Assembly (NCBI GenBank): GCA_040390125.1
Contig: JAZJYZ010000001.1
Location: 374,402 to 438,401 of the forward strand
DNA from: Patescibacteria group bacterium
GTDB lineage: Bacteria > Patescibacteriota > Minisyncoccia > Phycocordibacterales > Phycocordibacteraceae
DNA length: 64,000 nucleotides
Direction: 5' to 3'
Part shown: piece by piece, positions 47,520-56,585 of the stretch
Position numbering within the stretch: the stretch's first letter is position 1
Layout of the letters: each line of letters opens with the position of its first letter
Position numbers and translations under genes: made by a program
Notes under the pieces: generated by a model
The model's database searches: none
What the model saw: the letters and a program-made list of their open reading frames with translations, nothing else
Told to the model about the DNA's origin: nothing

Positions 47520-48301
47520 AGGCTCAAGCTTTTCAAAAACAACTCAAGCTCGGTGCTTTTAAGTTCTCGATGTTGCCCTGATTTCAATGTGCCCAGATCT
47601 ATGTTCATCACACGCATACGTTCCAATGTTTCGATATTTACGCCGACCGCTACGCACATCCGGCGTATCTGATGTTTCTTTCCTTCGATAAGGGTAATGG
47701 TGAATGAGGTGTCACTCTCGATCTCAATCTTAGAAGGTTTCGTCACATATCCTTCGATATCGACGCCCGCCTCCATTCTTTTTTTGAAATTCTTGGGTAA
47801 TTCATCTGTGGTTGTTACCCGGTATTCTTTCTCGTGCTCATATTCTGGATTGAGTAGTTTGTCAGTGATGCGTCCATCGTCGGTAAGAATAATGAGTCCT
47901 GTCGATTTTTTATCGAGTCTACCAACAGGGAATACTCCTTTAAGTGATGTTGCCATTGCGATATCTTTCTCACCCTCTTGTGCTGAGTGGGTAACAATGC
48001 CGATTGGCTTGTTGTAGGCATAATAGCGATATTCCTTTCGAGTGCCTTTCACCTCGACTACATCTTTTTCTTCCACTTTGTCTCCAAGGACTGCCTGTCT
48101 ACCATTAATGAATACCAACCCTTGTGAAATCAGGGCATCCGCTCCTTTCCTAGTCGAATATCCCTTTACAGCGAGGTATTTGTTAATCCGAAGTGGCGAT
48201 TTAGCGAAATCGTGTGATTCAACAGAATCATGTCGGGCAGTGTCCATTGAAGCCCGACCAGAATCGATTGAAGCACGGCTCTTTGGAGTGAGCTGAGACA
48301 T
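47516..48301 (-). CDS. RsuA/RluF-family rRNA pseudouridine synthase
   Basis: S4 RINKYLA, YNKPIG, FPVGRLDK.STGL, EGKKHQIRRM. Confidence 0.93.
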   Translation of the reverse strand: MSQLTPKSRASIDSGRASMDTARHDSVESHDFAKSPLRINKYLAVKGYSTRKGADALISQGLVFINGRQAVLGDKVEEKDVVEVKGTRKEYRYYAYNKPIGIVTHSAQEGEKDIAMATSLKGVFPVGRLDKKSTGLIILTDDGRITDKLLNPEYEHEKEYRVTTTDELPKNFKKRMEAGVDIEGYVTKPSKIEIESDTSFTITLIEGKKHQIRRMCVAVGVNIETLERMRVMNIDLGTLKSGQHRELKSTELELFLKSLSL

Positions 48302-48354
48302 CTGTGTGCAGTATATAATGGAGGGAGAGTTATCAATAATGACTTCGCATATAT

Positions 48355-48759
48355 ATGAATGGATTTGTAACGAACATTGAAAAGGAATCGCTCGAAAATG
48401 AAAATTTCCGCACGGTTTTGTATACCGATAATCGATTGCAGTTAGTGGTGATGAACTTAAAACCCAACGAAGATATTGGGGAGGAGGTGCATACACTCGA
48501 TCAATTTATTCGAGTAGAAAAAGGAGAAGGGAAATCAGTATTGGACGGTGAAGAGAAAGCACTCGCTGATGGGTTTGCGGTCATTATTCCTGCAGGTGCT
48601 CGTCATAATATTGTAAACACGTCTTCAGTGAATCCTTTGAAGCTCTACACGCTTTACGCTCCGCCTAATCATCGAGAGGGGACTGTGCACAAAACGAAGG
48701 CCGATGCTATAGCCGACGAAGGCGAGCATTTTGTACCAAAGACCCAGGAATTTGATTGA
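48355..48759 (+). CDS. Cupin domain protein
   Basis: EDIGEEVH..DQFIRVE.G.G, IPAG..HNI.N, KLYTLYAPP.H. Confidence 0.9.
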   Translation: MNGFVTNIEKESLENENFRTVLYTDNRLQLVVMNLKPNEDIGEEVHTLDQFIRVEKGEGKSVLDGEEKALADGFAVIIPAGARHNIVNTSSVNPLKLYTLYAPPNHREGTVHKTKADAIADEGEHFVPKTQEFD

Positions 48760-48771
48760 TATACTGCACGC

Positions 48772-49197
48772 ATGAATGTTTCGAGAGGTACCCAAAAGAT
48801 ATTTTGGATTACAGGAATTATTTTCTGTGTTGTGACGACTTTCACTTTTCTCACGGGAACCGTTACGAGCGTACCTAGCGTCCCAGTGCCTTCGGTCGCA
48901 GTGCCATCTGAAGGCCCTATCGCTATTTCTGGAGTCATGCTTTGCTTGCCACATAATAATGTCGAAGGACCCCAGACGAGCGAATGTGCCTATGGGCTCA
49001 AAGACGATTCCGAGAGATATTTCATGCTATTAGATTCCGATCCGAACTACCTCAACATCATTCGAGTTCCCATGAACGTGCGTGTGAAAGTGGAGGGGAT
49101 GTTCGGGCCGCACAATAGCTCGAAGTACCGGGATATCGGAATCATCTCGGCTACGAAGGTAACGGCACTTGACGTACTAACGGCCTCCGGGGAGTAG
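48772..49197 (+). CDS. Exported hypothetical protein
   Basis: TM, CLPH....GPQT.ECAYG motif. Confidence 0.65.
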   Translation: MNVSRGTQKIFWITGIIFCVVTTFTFLTGTVTSVPSVPVPSVAVPSEGPIAISGVMLCLPHNNVEGPQTSECAYGLKDDSERYFMLLDSDPNYLNIIRVPMNVRVKVEGMFGPHNSSKYRDIGIISATKVTALDVLTASGE

Positions 49198-49204
49198 AAA
49201 GCCT

Positions 49205-49726
49205 TCAGGCATTCTTGAGTACCTGTCTTTTTATTTGAGACATGCGTACGATTTCAAATGCACCGAATAGGGCAAGGCTGTAAGTAATATCTCCAAGAAG
49301 CATGTTTCGGAGGAACGGGAGACCGAGCGTGTAGGCATAGAGGAGTCCTTCGATGCTTTTTTCGTACCACGGAGAGAAGAGCCATACGGAAAAATTGGTG
49401 ACGAGGAAGAAAAGTAACGACGCACTGAGGAGTACAAAGCCAGTGGGAAGTATTTTTCGATATTTTTGAGCAACAATACCAAGGAGACTGATAAAAATGA
49501 AAGATGCATACACACTGATGAGTATTCTCCAGTCGTAGAAACCTATAATCGCATCTGTAATGAGTATGGTAATGATTGGGATGAGGATTGCAGAGAGACG
49601 TCCGACATATTTGCTGGCAGTGAGTGTTACTGCTGTTATTGGTGTTGCGTTGGGGTTATGAGGAATTAAGCGACCAACTATGCCCACTCCTATAAGACTC
49701 ACTATAGAAAGAATTTTTGTTGGCAT
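49205..49726 (-). CDS. DUF6580-like membrane protein, putative cobalamin ECF S-component
   Basis: RLIPH.PN.TPI, FFLVTNF.VW, GL..AY..GLPF..N...GD; context. Confidence 0.75.
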   Translation of the reverse strand: MPTKILSIVSLIGVGIVGRLIPHNPNATPITAVTLTASKYVGRLSAILIPIITILITDAIIGFYDWRILISVYASFIFISLLGIVAQKYRKILPTGFVLLSASLLFFLVTNFSVWLFSPWYEKSIEGLLYAYTLGLPFLRNMLLGDITYSLALFGAFEIVRMSQIKRQVLKNA

Positions 49727-49728
49727 AT

Positions 49729-50154
49729 TTATTCTTTTGAAGTCGCAAAGAACCACTCAATGTAATCTCCGGCCTTGAGGATGTATTGATCAGATCCAAT
49801 TTGAGGCACCGTGCCATTTACTGTGTACTGCCAGTATTTTTTATTCATCCCATTTTTATGAGTGCCTATTCCCTCAATTAAAACACCGAGCCCTTTGTAG
49901 GTTTTTGTGGAAAGTTGGAGCTGTGTATCTTCCTCATTTAATCTTTCAAGCACTGCGAGCACGGTTTCACCTTCAGCAATAGCAATCTGTTTGCCCACGT
50001 AGACATCTTGAATGGAGAGCGAGATTGTTGCAGTTTTTGTCTCCGAAACTTGAGTGGGCGACGAGGTTGTTTGGTTAATCAAAAATGATACTCCTCCAAT
50101 GAGAACGAGCGCAAAAACTATAAGGAGGGAGAGTTTGAGAAAATCTTTTTTCAT
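49729..50154 (-). CDS. DUF4430 (transcobalamin-like) membrane-anchored protein
   Basis: Y.GLG.LIE.IG...NG...KYWQYTVNG..P.IG.D.Y.L..GD.IEW. Confidence 0.8.
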   Translation of the reverse strand: MKKDFLKLSLLIVFALVLIGGVSFLINQTTSSPTQVSETKTATISLSIQDVYVGKQIAIAEGETVLAVLERLNEEDTQLQLSTKTYKGLGVLIEGIGTHKNGMNKKYWQYTVNGTVPQIGSDQYILKAGDYIEWFFATSKE

Positions 50155-50175
50155 ATGATAGGTCATTTAGATTAA

Positions 50176-50706
50176 TTAATATGAGGGTGAGGATTCTTTA
50201 GCTTTTGCTTTTGTTGCAACATAGCGGGCCATAGCATAGAGAAAGCTCGACAGGCGATTGAGGTATGCCAGGGATGCGGGCGAGATGGTGTGGTTAGTGT
50301 GCACACCAACAACGACACGTTCGGTTCTGCGTGACACAGCACGAGCGTAATCTAAGAGTCCCGAAAGCTCTGTGGCACCGGGAATGACAAATGCATTAGG
50401 TGTCTCGATTAACTTTTCAATTGAGTTCACGGCGTTTTCAAGTATGTCTACATGCTCTTGTGGGAGGACTTTCTCTGCTCCAGCAAGCTCCGCTTGGATA
50501 ATGAAGAGCGATTCTTGCGATTTTTGTACGGCATCATGTAATTGAAAAAGGCTGTACGAGACGAGCCTGGCTCGGCACATACCCAAGAGGGAATTGAGTT
50601 CATCAAGTGTTCCGAGTGCTTCGTATATAGGGCTGTTTTTAGGTAATCGATCCTTGGTACCGAAGAGTCCTGAAGTGCCGTTGTCTCCTTTCCGTGTGTA
50701 GAGCAT
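50176..50706 (-). CDS. pduO: PduO-type cob(I)alamin adenosyltransferase
   Basis: YTRKGDNGTS, GTLDELNS, AR.V.RRTER, YLNRLS. Confidence 0.92.
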   Translation of the reverse strand: MLYTRKGDNGTSGLFGTKDRLPKNSPIYEALGTLDELNSLLGMCRARLVSYSLFQLHDAVQKSQESLFIIQAELAGAEKVLPQEHVDILENAVNSIEKLIETPNAFVIPGATELSGLLDYARAVSRRTERVVVGVHTNHTISPASLAYLNRLSSFLYAMARYVATKAKAKESSPSY

Positions 50707-50708
50707 AT

Positions 50709-53036
50709 TTATAGTGCTGAAACAGTTTCTACTGCAACAAACTCGTCTATCTCGCAGGTTCCGCCAACGCATGCGAGTTCTTTCTTCTGCTCTGTCTCGT
50801 CAGTATGTTCGTACGTGACGAGTTTTGAATAGTCTATTCTCGGAAACTTCGCAGTCATTTCTTCGTATCGCTCTTTATCTATCGCTTCGTAGGGTGCAAG
50901 TTGATACACATGGTCGAACCGTGGCAAGAAGGAAAGTCCACCAATAATTTCCCAATTTTTTTGTATCCAATCCACCACGGCAATCCACTCATTTTCGCCA
51001 ACAGAAATGGTGGCGGACGGATTGTGTTCTGTGTAATTGAGTTTTACTAGCTTCCAATATTCTAGTTGCTCTAGGGCTGAGAAATCATCTTTGAACACTG
51101 AACCTTTTGGTGACGCTACAGGGAACTCTAAAACATAGGTGCTTGCACTTTCTCTACTTTGTCCAACCTCAGGATAATAGGGGACGCCTTGATCTTTGAG
51201 CATCTTAAAAAGAGAGTCGGTTGCAGATATTCGTATGCGTCGTATGTAGTACTTTGAGTGGCGTGGATGAATGCCTGAAGAGCAGTTAAATGTTTGCGAA
51301 ACAGTACCTGAGGGTTTTACGGCAGTGACCGAAAGCGATGCTTTCACGCCGAATCTTTTTGCATAGACGGCATTTGTTTTCACGGCTATATCACGCATGG
51401 CACGCAAGGTTTCTGGTTCTCGTGCGACTTCGCTATCCCACTGACCTGTGACTGATACGCCGAGGAGTCGTTCATCTTCGCAGTGTTTCGTCCACTCTTT
51501 TGATATGTAGTTGAACTTCGTGAGCGTTGACTGGTATGTGCCAATAAGAGAGGCTATTCGTGTCTTTCGTATTAAGCTTTCATGAGTGTCATCTGAACGA
51601 GCAATTACTTCTGAAAGGTTACAAAATTCCTTTGACTGAAGAATGATTTCTCCACACGGGTTGGTGCCGATTGATCCCTGCACGACGCCGTCTTCGCCAA
51701 GAAACCCAACTTTTTTAAAATATGATTCCCTGCGTTTTGGTAGTGTATTTCCAAGGGCTCCTCTGTTGAAAATACCTCGCTCTCCTGAACCTGATTTCAT
51801 GAGTGCTACCCACTCCTCCATAAGCTCAGTGTTTGAAGGCTTTGTTTCATACACCGCTGAGTTGTTTGCTACTGAGCGGTACGGTTCGTTAAGGAAGAAC
51901 TGGCCTTTCTTCGCATCACGCAAATCGGTGTCATCAAGGTCAGAGAGGCTAATCATCGCTGTTCTGCGAACACCACCCGACACAACGCATTCACCGATTT
52001 TGCAGATGATGTCGTGTGCGTCAATACTGCGTAGGCGTCGTCCTTGCCTGCGAAGAATTTTTTCACGAGTAAACGCAAGAAGTGAACGCAAAGGTTCAGG
52101 ACCTGACGCTTTTCCGCCCATGGTCTTCAGTCGTGCACCTGAAGGGCGAATCTTTGAATAATCAAACTCAACGTCATCCCCTCTGTACCATGCTTTTAAT
52201 CCGAGTGTAAGCGCATCGCACCAGCCTTCTTTTGAATCGAGGACAACATGGGTGGCTATTTTTTTCTTTGTTTGTTTTTGAATTTGTGGCAATTGTTCTA
52301 TGTTTTGGCTTTCAACTGAAAATCCAACACCGCATCCCTGCATAGAGAGGTACATTATTTCTGCAAAATCTTCGAGCTTTGTTGGGGCAGTAAATGTACA
52401 GTTATATGCGCAGGTGTTGCATCTTCGTGCAGGTTCTCCTGAAAACTGCATAAGTCGCATTGATGGCATTACTTCCTGACGAAGAATTGCCTCGCGCACC
52501 TCAGCGTATTCTTCGTCACCAAGTTTTGCGCACAGATTTTCTTTCATGAACGCCACATAGCGGTCAACGGTTTCTATCCATGTTTCGCGACGATTTTCTG
52601 ACTCAATCCATCGTGCGTAGGTTCGAAGATATACAAATTCTCCCAAGGGATTTCCTTTGAAATATTTTTTACTCTCTTCGGCAAGTTTTCTAACATGTTC
52701 AGGCACTTCGCCTTGTGTGTTACGTAAGCGAGTGTGCTCCGCTCGATATAAAATGTAGGCTTTTGCAGTCGCAGGGAAGTTTTGTAGCATGAGTATTCTC
52801 TCAACCGCATCTTGCACTCCTTCTACTGTTGGCACGAACGTTGCATCATTGGTCTTTTTTGTATACAGACTTTTTTCCACCTCTTCAGCAATACTCGAGC
52901 CGACGCCATCCGTAAATTCTCCCGCCGCACGCATGGCTCGCTCTATGGCAACCGCAATTTTTTTAATCGCAAAGGGTACTCGTGTCCCGTTTCGTTTAAC
53001 GATGTGAGTGAGCAGTGTGGATTGTGTAGGTGACAT
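50709..53036 (-). CDS. nrdJ: Class II (adenosylcobalamin-dependent) ribonucleotide reductase with N-terminal ATP cone
   Basis: IVKRNG ATP cone, RTYARW, GGVRRTAMISL, TNPCGEI, VKPSGTVS, C-terminal CVGGTCE. Confidence 0.93.
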   Translation of the reverse strand: MSPTQSTLLTHIVKRNGTRVPFAIKKIAVAIERAMRAAGEFTDGVGSSIAEEVEKSLYTKKTNDATFVPTVEGVQDAVERILMLQNFPATAKAYILYRAEHTRLRNTQGEVPEHVRKLAEESKKYFKGNPLGEFVYLRTYARWIESENRRETWIETVDRYVAFMKENLCAKLGDEEYAEVREAILRQEVMPSMRLMQFSGEPARRCNTCAYNCTFTAPTKLEDFAEIMYLSMQGCGVGFSVESQNIEQLPQIQKQTKKKIATHVVLDSKEGWCDALTLGLKAWYRGDDVEFDYSKIRPSGARLKTMGGKASGPEPLRSLLAFTREKILRRQGRRLRSIDAHDIICKIGECVVSGGVRRTAMISLSDLDDTDLRDAKKGQFFLNEPYRSVANNSAVYETKPSNTELMEEWVALMKSGSGERGIFNRGALGNTLPKRRESYFKKVGFLGEDGVVQGSIGTNPCGEIILQSKEFCNLSEVIARSDDTHESLIRKTRIASLIGTYQSTLTKFNYISKEWTKHCEDERLLGVSVTGQWDSEVAREPETLRAMRDIAVKTNAVYAKRFGVKASLSVTAVKPSGTVSQTFNCSSGIHPRHSKYYIRRIRISATDSLFKMLKDQGVPYYPEVGQSRESASTYVLEFPVASPKGSVFKDDFSALEQLEYWKLVKLNYTEHNPSATISVGENEWIAVVDWIQKNWEIIGGLSFLPRFDHVYQLAPYEAIDKERYEEMTAKFPRIDYSKLVTYEHTDETEQKKELACVGGTCEIDEFVAVETVSAL

Positions 53037-53052
53037 ATGCGACGGAGATGAT

Positions 53053-53098
53053 ATATTGATAATGGTCTATGAATTTAACATATAGATAGAGGTCTATG
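53053..53098. promoter_or_regulatory. Tandem imperfect-palindrome operators between nrdJ and arsR
   Basis: ATATTGATAATGGTCTATG (53053) and ATATAGATAGAGGTCTATG (53080), 16/19 identical. Confidence 0.6.
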
Positions 53099-53461
53099 GG
53101 TAAAAAACAACTGGGGATAAAAAGTTCAAAAACAAAAACAACAAAGAGTAAAGGGGCTTTCGTGTATGCGCGACCAGCATGGGTCAAAAGTGGCGAAGAA
53201 GAGCTCTGCCCTGACTGCTTTAAGGTGGTGGGAGATAAGAGTCGCTATAACCTTGTGTGCTTACTTGGAAAAACCAAAGAAGGTATGACGGTTGGTGAGC
53301 TTACTGACCAGATGCAGTTGCGCCAACCAACAATATCGCATCACCTGAACATACTTCGCTCGGTTGATGCGGTGGAGAGTGAAGATCGTGGGCGTGAGAG
53401 GGTTTACACACTCAACCGGAGTGCGCATTGTTTTGAAGACTGTCAAATACCTTTTAAATAA
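53096..53461 (+). CDS. ArsR/SmtB family transcriptional regulator
   Basis: FK..GD.SR, MTVGEL....L.QPTISHHL..LR, GRERVY; CPDC and HCFEDC. Confidence 0.9.
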   Translation: MGKKQLGIKSSKTKTTKSKGAFVYARPAWVKSGEEELCPDCFKVVGDKSRYNLVCLLGKTKEGMTVGELTDQMQLRQPTISHHLNILRSVDAVESEDRGRERVYTLNRSAHCFEDCQIPFK

Positions 53462-53472
53462 TTATATAACAT

Positions 53473-54696
53473 ATGGTTTTACTCTCGCTTCTCTCATATA
53501 TACTCGTGCAGACGCTAGGTCTTATTATTGCGTTTGTAGCGGCGGGGGTATTGCTTTACATACTGTTGCGGAGGTTTCATTCACGGCTCGCTACCATAGC
53601 AATATGCCTTCTTTTTTTAGGAATTTCTGTTTTCTTTTATGTACCGAACGGTCTTCCCAATGGTGTTGACTATACATCGTTTCTAAAAAGCTATGGTCCC
53701 GCAGGCTCTCCGTCACTTCCTTTTAGTAATGTAATTCAGTTTTTCTTGCACTTTAATCAGTTTGAACAGGTCAAAGATATCGCACGCGATCCTAATGAAA
53801 TTCCTCCACCGATTACACGCACCGCACCACAGACAGTCAACATTGAAATCACCGCTAAAGAAGTGATAGCTGAAGTTGCACCTGGCGTATTTCTCAACGA
53901 TTGGACATTTGATGGGAAAATTCCAGGGCCATTCTTTCGTGTCATGGAAGGAGATATGGTGACGGTGACATTCCATAATGACAAAACGAGTCTGCATCAT
54001 CACACGGTAGATTTTCACGCAGTGATTGGCCCTGGTGGGGGTGCTTCTGTTCTTCGGGCAATGCCAGGCGAAACAAAAACACTTACCTTTAAAGCACTGC
54101 ATGCGGGGCTCTTCGTGTATCACTGTGCAGAGATGGCTCCTGCAGTGCATATGGCACATGGGCAGTACGGATTAATTCTCGTTGAACCAAAAGGGGGATT
54201 GCCAAAAGTCGATAAGGAGTTCTATGTTATGCAGGGCGAATTTTATACTACAGGTACCTTAGGCAAACAAGGTCTTCAAATATTTGATTCGCGGGCACTG
54301 CTTGATGGAAAGCCACAATACATAGTATTCAATGGAAAGGTTAGATCACTCACTGCAGAAAATATGCATGCTGAGGTAGGGCAAAAAGTTCGCATCTATT
54401 TTGGCAACGGAGGTGTCAATCTTATTTCTTCTGTTCACATGATAGGGGAGATATTTGAACGTGTGTGGGTGGAGGCGTCACTCACCAGTGCTCCGTTAAC
54501 TGATGTGCAGACAACGCTGGCACCAGCTGGAGGTGCAACTGTTGTAGAGTTCACCCCATTAGTGCCGGGGAATTATATGTTGGTAGATCACGCACTTGCA
54601 CGCATAGACCGTGGTGCGTGGGGTGTGCTTGGTGTAACGGGTCCTGAAAATAAGGAAATCTTTGACGGTATCACCCAGCCGATGACTGGTCACTAG
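53473..54696 (+). CDS. nirK: Copper-containing nitrite reductase, membrane-anchored
   Basis: WTFDGKIPGP, HTVDFH, YHC, DKEFYVMQGEFY, SSVHMIGEIF, LVDH. Confidence 0.88.
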   Translation: MVLLSLLSYILVQTLGLIIAFVAAGVLLYILLRRFHSRLATIAICLLFLGISVFFYVPNGLPNGVDYTSFLKSYGPAGSPSLPFSNVIQFFLHFNQFEQVKDIARDPNEIPPPITRTAPQTVNIEITAKEVIAEVAPGVFLNDWTFDGKIPGPFFRVMEGDMVTVTFHNDKTSLHHHTVDFHAVIGPGGGASVLRAMPGETKTLTFKALHAGLFVYHCAEMAPAVHMAHGQYGLILVEPKGGLPKVDKEFYVMQGEFYTTGTLGKQGLQIFDSRALLDGKPQYIVFNGKVRSLTAENMHAEVGQKVRIYFGNGGVNLISSVHMIGEIFERVWVEASLTSAPLTDVQTTLAPAGGATVVEFTPLVPGNYMLVDHALARIDRGAWGVLGVTGPENKEIFDGITQPMTGH

Positions 54697-54752
54697 AGCA
54701 TGCTCGAAAACCACATGGTCTGCCGGAATGGGGTTTATCGGCACAATGCCGG

Positions 54753-55766
54753 ATGAAGTTGTACAATAGGTGCGTGTTCAAAGGAAAGGCATTTCTCCCT
54801 ATTCTGGTTCTCTTTGCAGTATCTCTGCCCGTGGTTCTTGCGTATTTCATATTTCCTAGCGGATATGACTGGGGGCGTACTGCACTTATTTTCAAAACTC
54901 ATTCTCTCGCATCAGTACTACCGGGAGTTGTGGTGGCTCTTACTAATACTGATCGTGTAAGAAACAACGTTTCGCTTCTCGTTCTAAATCCATTGCTCAC
55001 GAAGGCGGCACAAATGAAAGCAGATGATATGCTCGCCCGTCAGTATTATTCGCACACCACTCCTGAAGGCAATACTCCACTGTATTTTCTTGACGCTGTA
55101 GGGTACACATATCTTAACGTTGGCGAAAATCTTGACCTCACGTACGTGAGTACTGCGGATGATGTGCACACCGCATGGATGAACTCTCCGTCACATCGGG
55201 CGAATTTGCTTTTGCCTCAGTTTACCGAGATAGGTGTGGGAGTTGCAGAGGGTGAATATCAAGGCAACCACGTGAGCTTCGTTGTGGAGATACTGGCGAC
55301 TCCTCGACCGCCCGCTCTTCCTGCAATACTCACGGCACCAGCTTCTATTCCGACCCCACAACCACAACCAACCTCAACTCCAACTCTAACTCAAAAACCA
55401 ACTTCGACTCCAAAAAAACAGGAAACTAAAAAATTTACACCAGTTATTCCTGTCTCTTCACCTGTATCCGTACAAACCCCTCTAGAGACCTTTGTCTCCA
55501 CTTCGACAGAAGCACTTCCTCCTGTACTCGAAAGAGTGTTGGCCAAAAACGCTTCAAGTTCCTCATCCACTCCGAACCTCGTCCTCTCTGCGTCGAGTAC
55601 TGAAAGTGCCGTGGAGCTCCTTACACTTTTTGGCCAGAGTGAAAACCCCTTGCAGGCATCACTTCGTTCATTTGTCCGTAGCTTCAAAGTAATGACACAG
55701 GAACTTCTTCTGCGAATATATTTCGGAGCATCGTTTCGTGACCAACAGAGAAGCGTTTTGAGGTAA
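54753..55766 (+). CDS. CAP/SCP domain protein
   Basis: AAQMKADDM...YYSH, GENL, AWMNSPSHRANLL, EIGVG; Pro/Thr tail. Confidence 0.88.
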   Translation: MKLYNRCVFKGKAFLPILVLFAVSLPVVLAYFIFPSGYDWGRTALIFKTHSLASVLPGVVVALTNTDRVRNNVSLLVLNPLLTKAAQMKADDMLARQYYSHTTPEGNTPLYFLDAVGYTYLNVGENLDLTYVSTADDVHTAWMNSPSHRANLLLPQFTEIGVGVAEGEYQGNHVSFVVEILATPRPPALPAILTAPASIPTPQPQPTSTPTLTQKPTSTPKKQETKKFTPVIPVSSPVSVQTPLETFVSTSTEALPPVLERVLAKNASSSSSTPNLVLSASSTESAVELLTLFGQSENPLQASLRSFVRSFKVMTQELLLRIYFGASFRDQQRSVLR

Positions 55767-55922
55767 GTAGGGAAGGAGAATAGTGTTTAGTGAACAGAGG
55801 ACAGTGAACAGTTGACCCTTGGTCAGATCCGCAGGCGATGTCTCATCGGGTCCGTAGGGACCATATCACACAGTTAAAAGCTAGCCGCTAGAAGCGTTGG
55901 TTTGCACTGTATAATTAGAGTC

Positions 55923-56585
55923 ATGCATACAAAAGCTATTGTTGGAGTGATTTTTGCTACAGTTTTTGCACTCGTTATTGGCGGATGGTGGTGGTATGCC
56001 GAAGAGCGTGGTGCACTGCCGTTTGTTGTAGAAGAACCAACAGCCACTTCCACTCCAAACGTAGAGGTAACTCGACCGTATGGTGTAGTGACCCTTGCGT
56101 TAGGCGAGCATGCTTTATTTGAAGATATGAGCATCCGCCCGATTTCCATCGAAGAAGAAAGCCGATGTCCTACGGGGGTGCAATGCATACAAGCGGGGAC
56201 GGTGCGTGTGAAGGTTGAGGTTACATCGGCAATGGGCACGAGCACGAATGTTATGACTTTAGGAAAATCAGTTACGACTGAGGCGGAAACAATAACATTT
56301 AGTTCTGCTACTCCTCACCCAGCACGGGATGTTTCTATTTTGCCAAGTGAATACCGCCTTACTTTTAACGTCATGAAGCGTACGGATAGCGTTGGTGGTT
56401 GTTTTGTTGGCGGGTGTTCGGGGCAGATCTGTAGCGATCAAGTAGGGGTTGTATCTAGTTGTGAATTTCGCAGCGAGTACGCTTGCTATAAAAGTGCTGC
56501 GTGTGAACGGCAGGTTAGTGGCAAGTGTGGTTGGACAGAAACCCCCGCTTTCAGAGCATGCCTTCTTAATCCTCCTTCGCTTTGA
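55923..56585 (+). CDS. Exported protein with C-terminal eight-cysteine cluster
   Basis: ESRCP.GVQCIQAG; CFVGGCSGQICS...CE....ACY....C......CGW. Confidence 0.7.
   Translation: MHTKAIVGVIFATVFALVIGGWWWYAEERGALPFVVEEPTATSTPNVEVTRPYGVVTLALGEHALFEDMSIRPISIEEESRCPTGVQCIQAGTVRVKVEVTSAMGTSTNVMTLGKSVTTEAETITFSSATPHPARDVSILPSEYRLTFNVMKRTDSVGGCFVGGCSGQICSDQVGVVSSCEFRSEYACYKSAACERQVSGKCGWTETPAFRACLLNPPSL

Noticed and set aside
50600-53095. Cobalamin riboswitch or NrdR boxes for nrdJ
   Set aside because: The intergenic space is only 59 bp with no B12-box; the repeats there do not match the NrdR consensus
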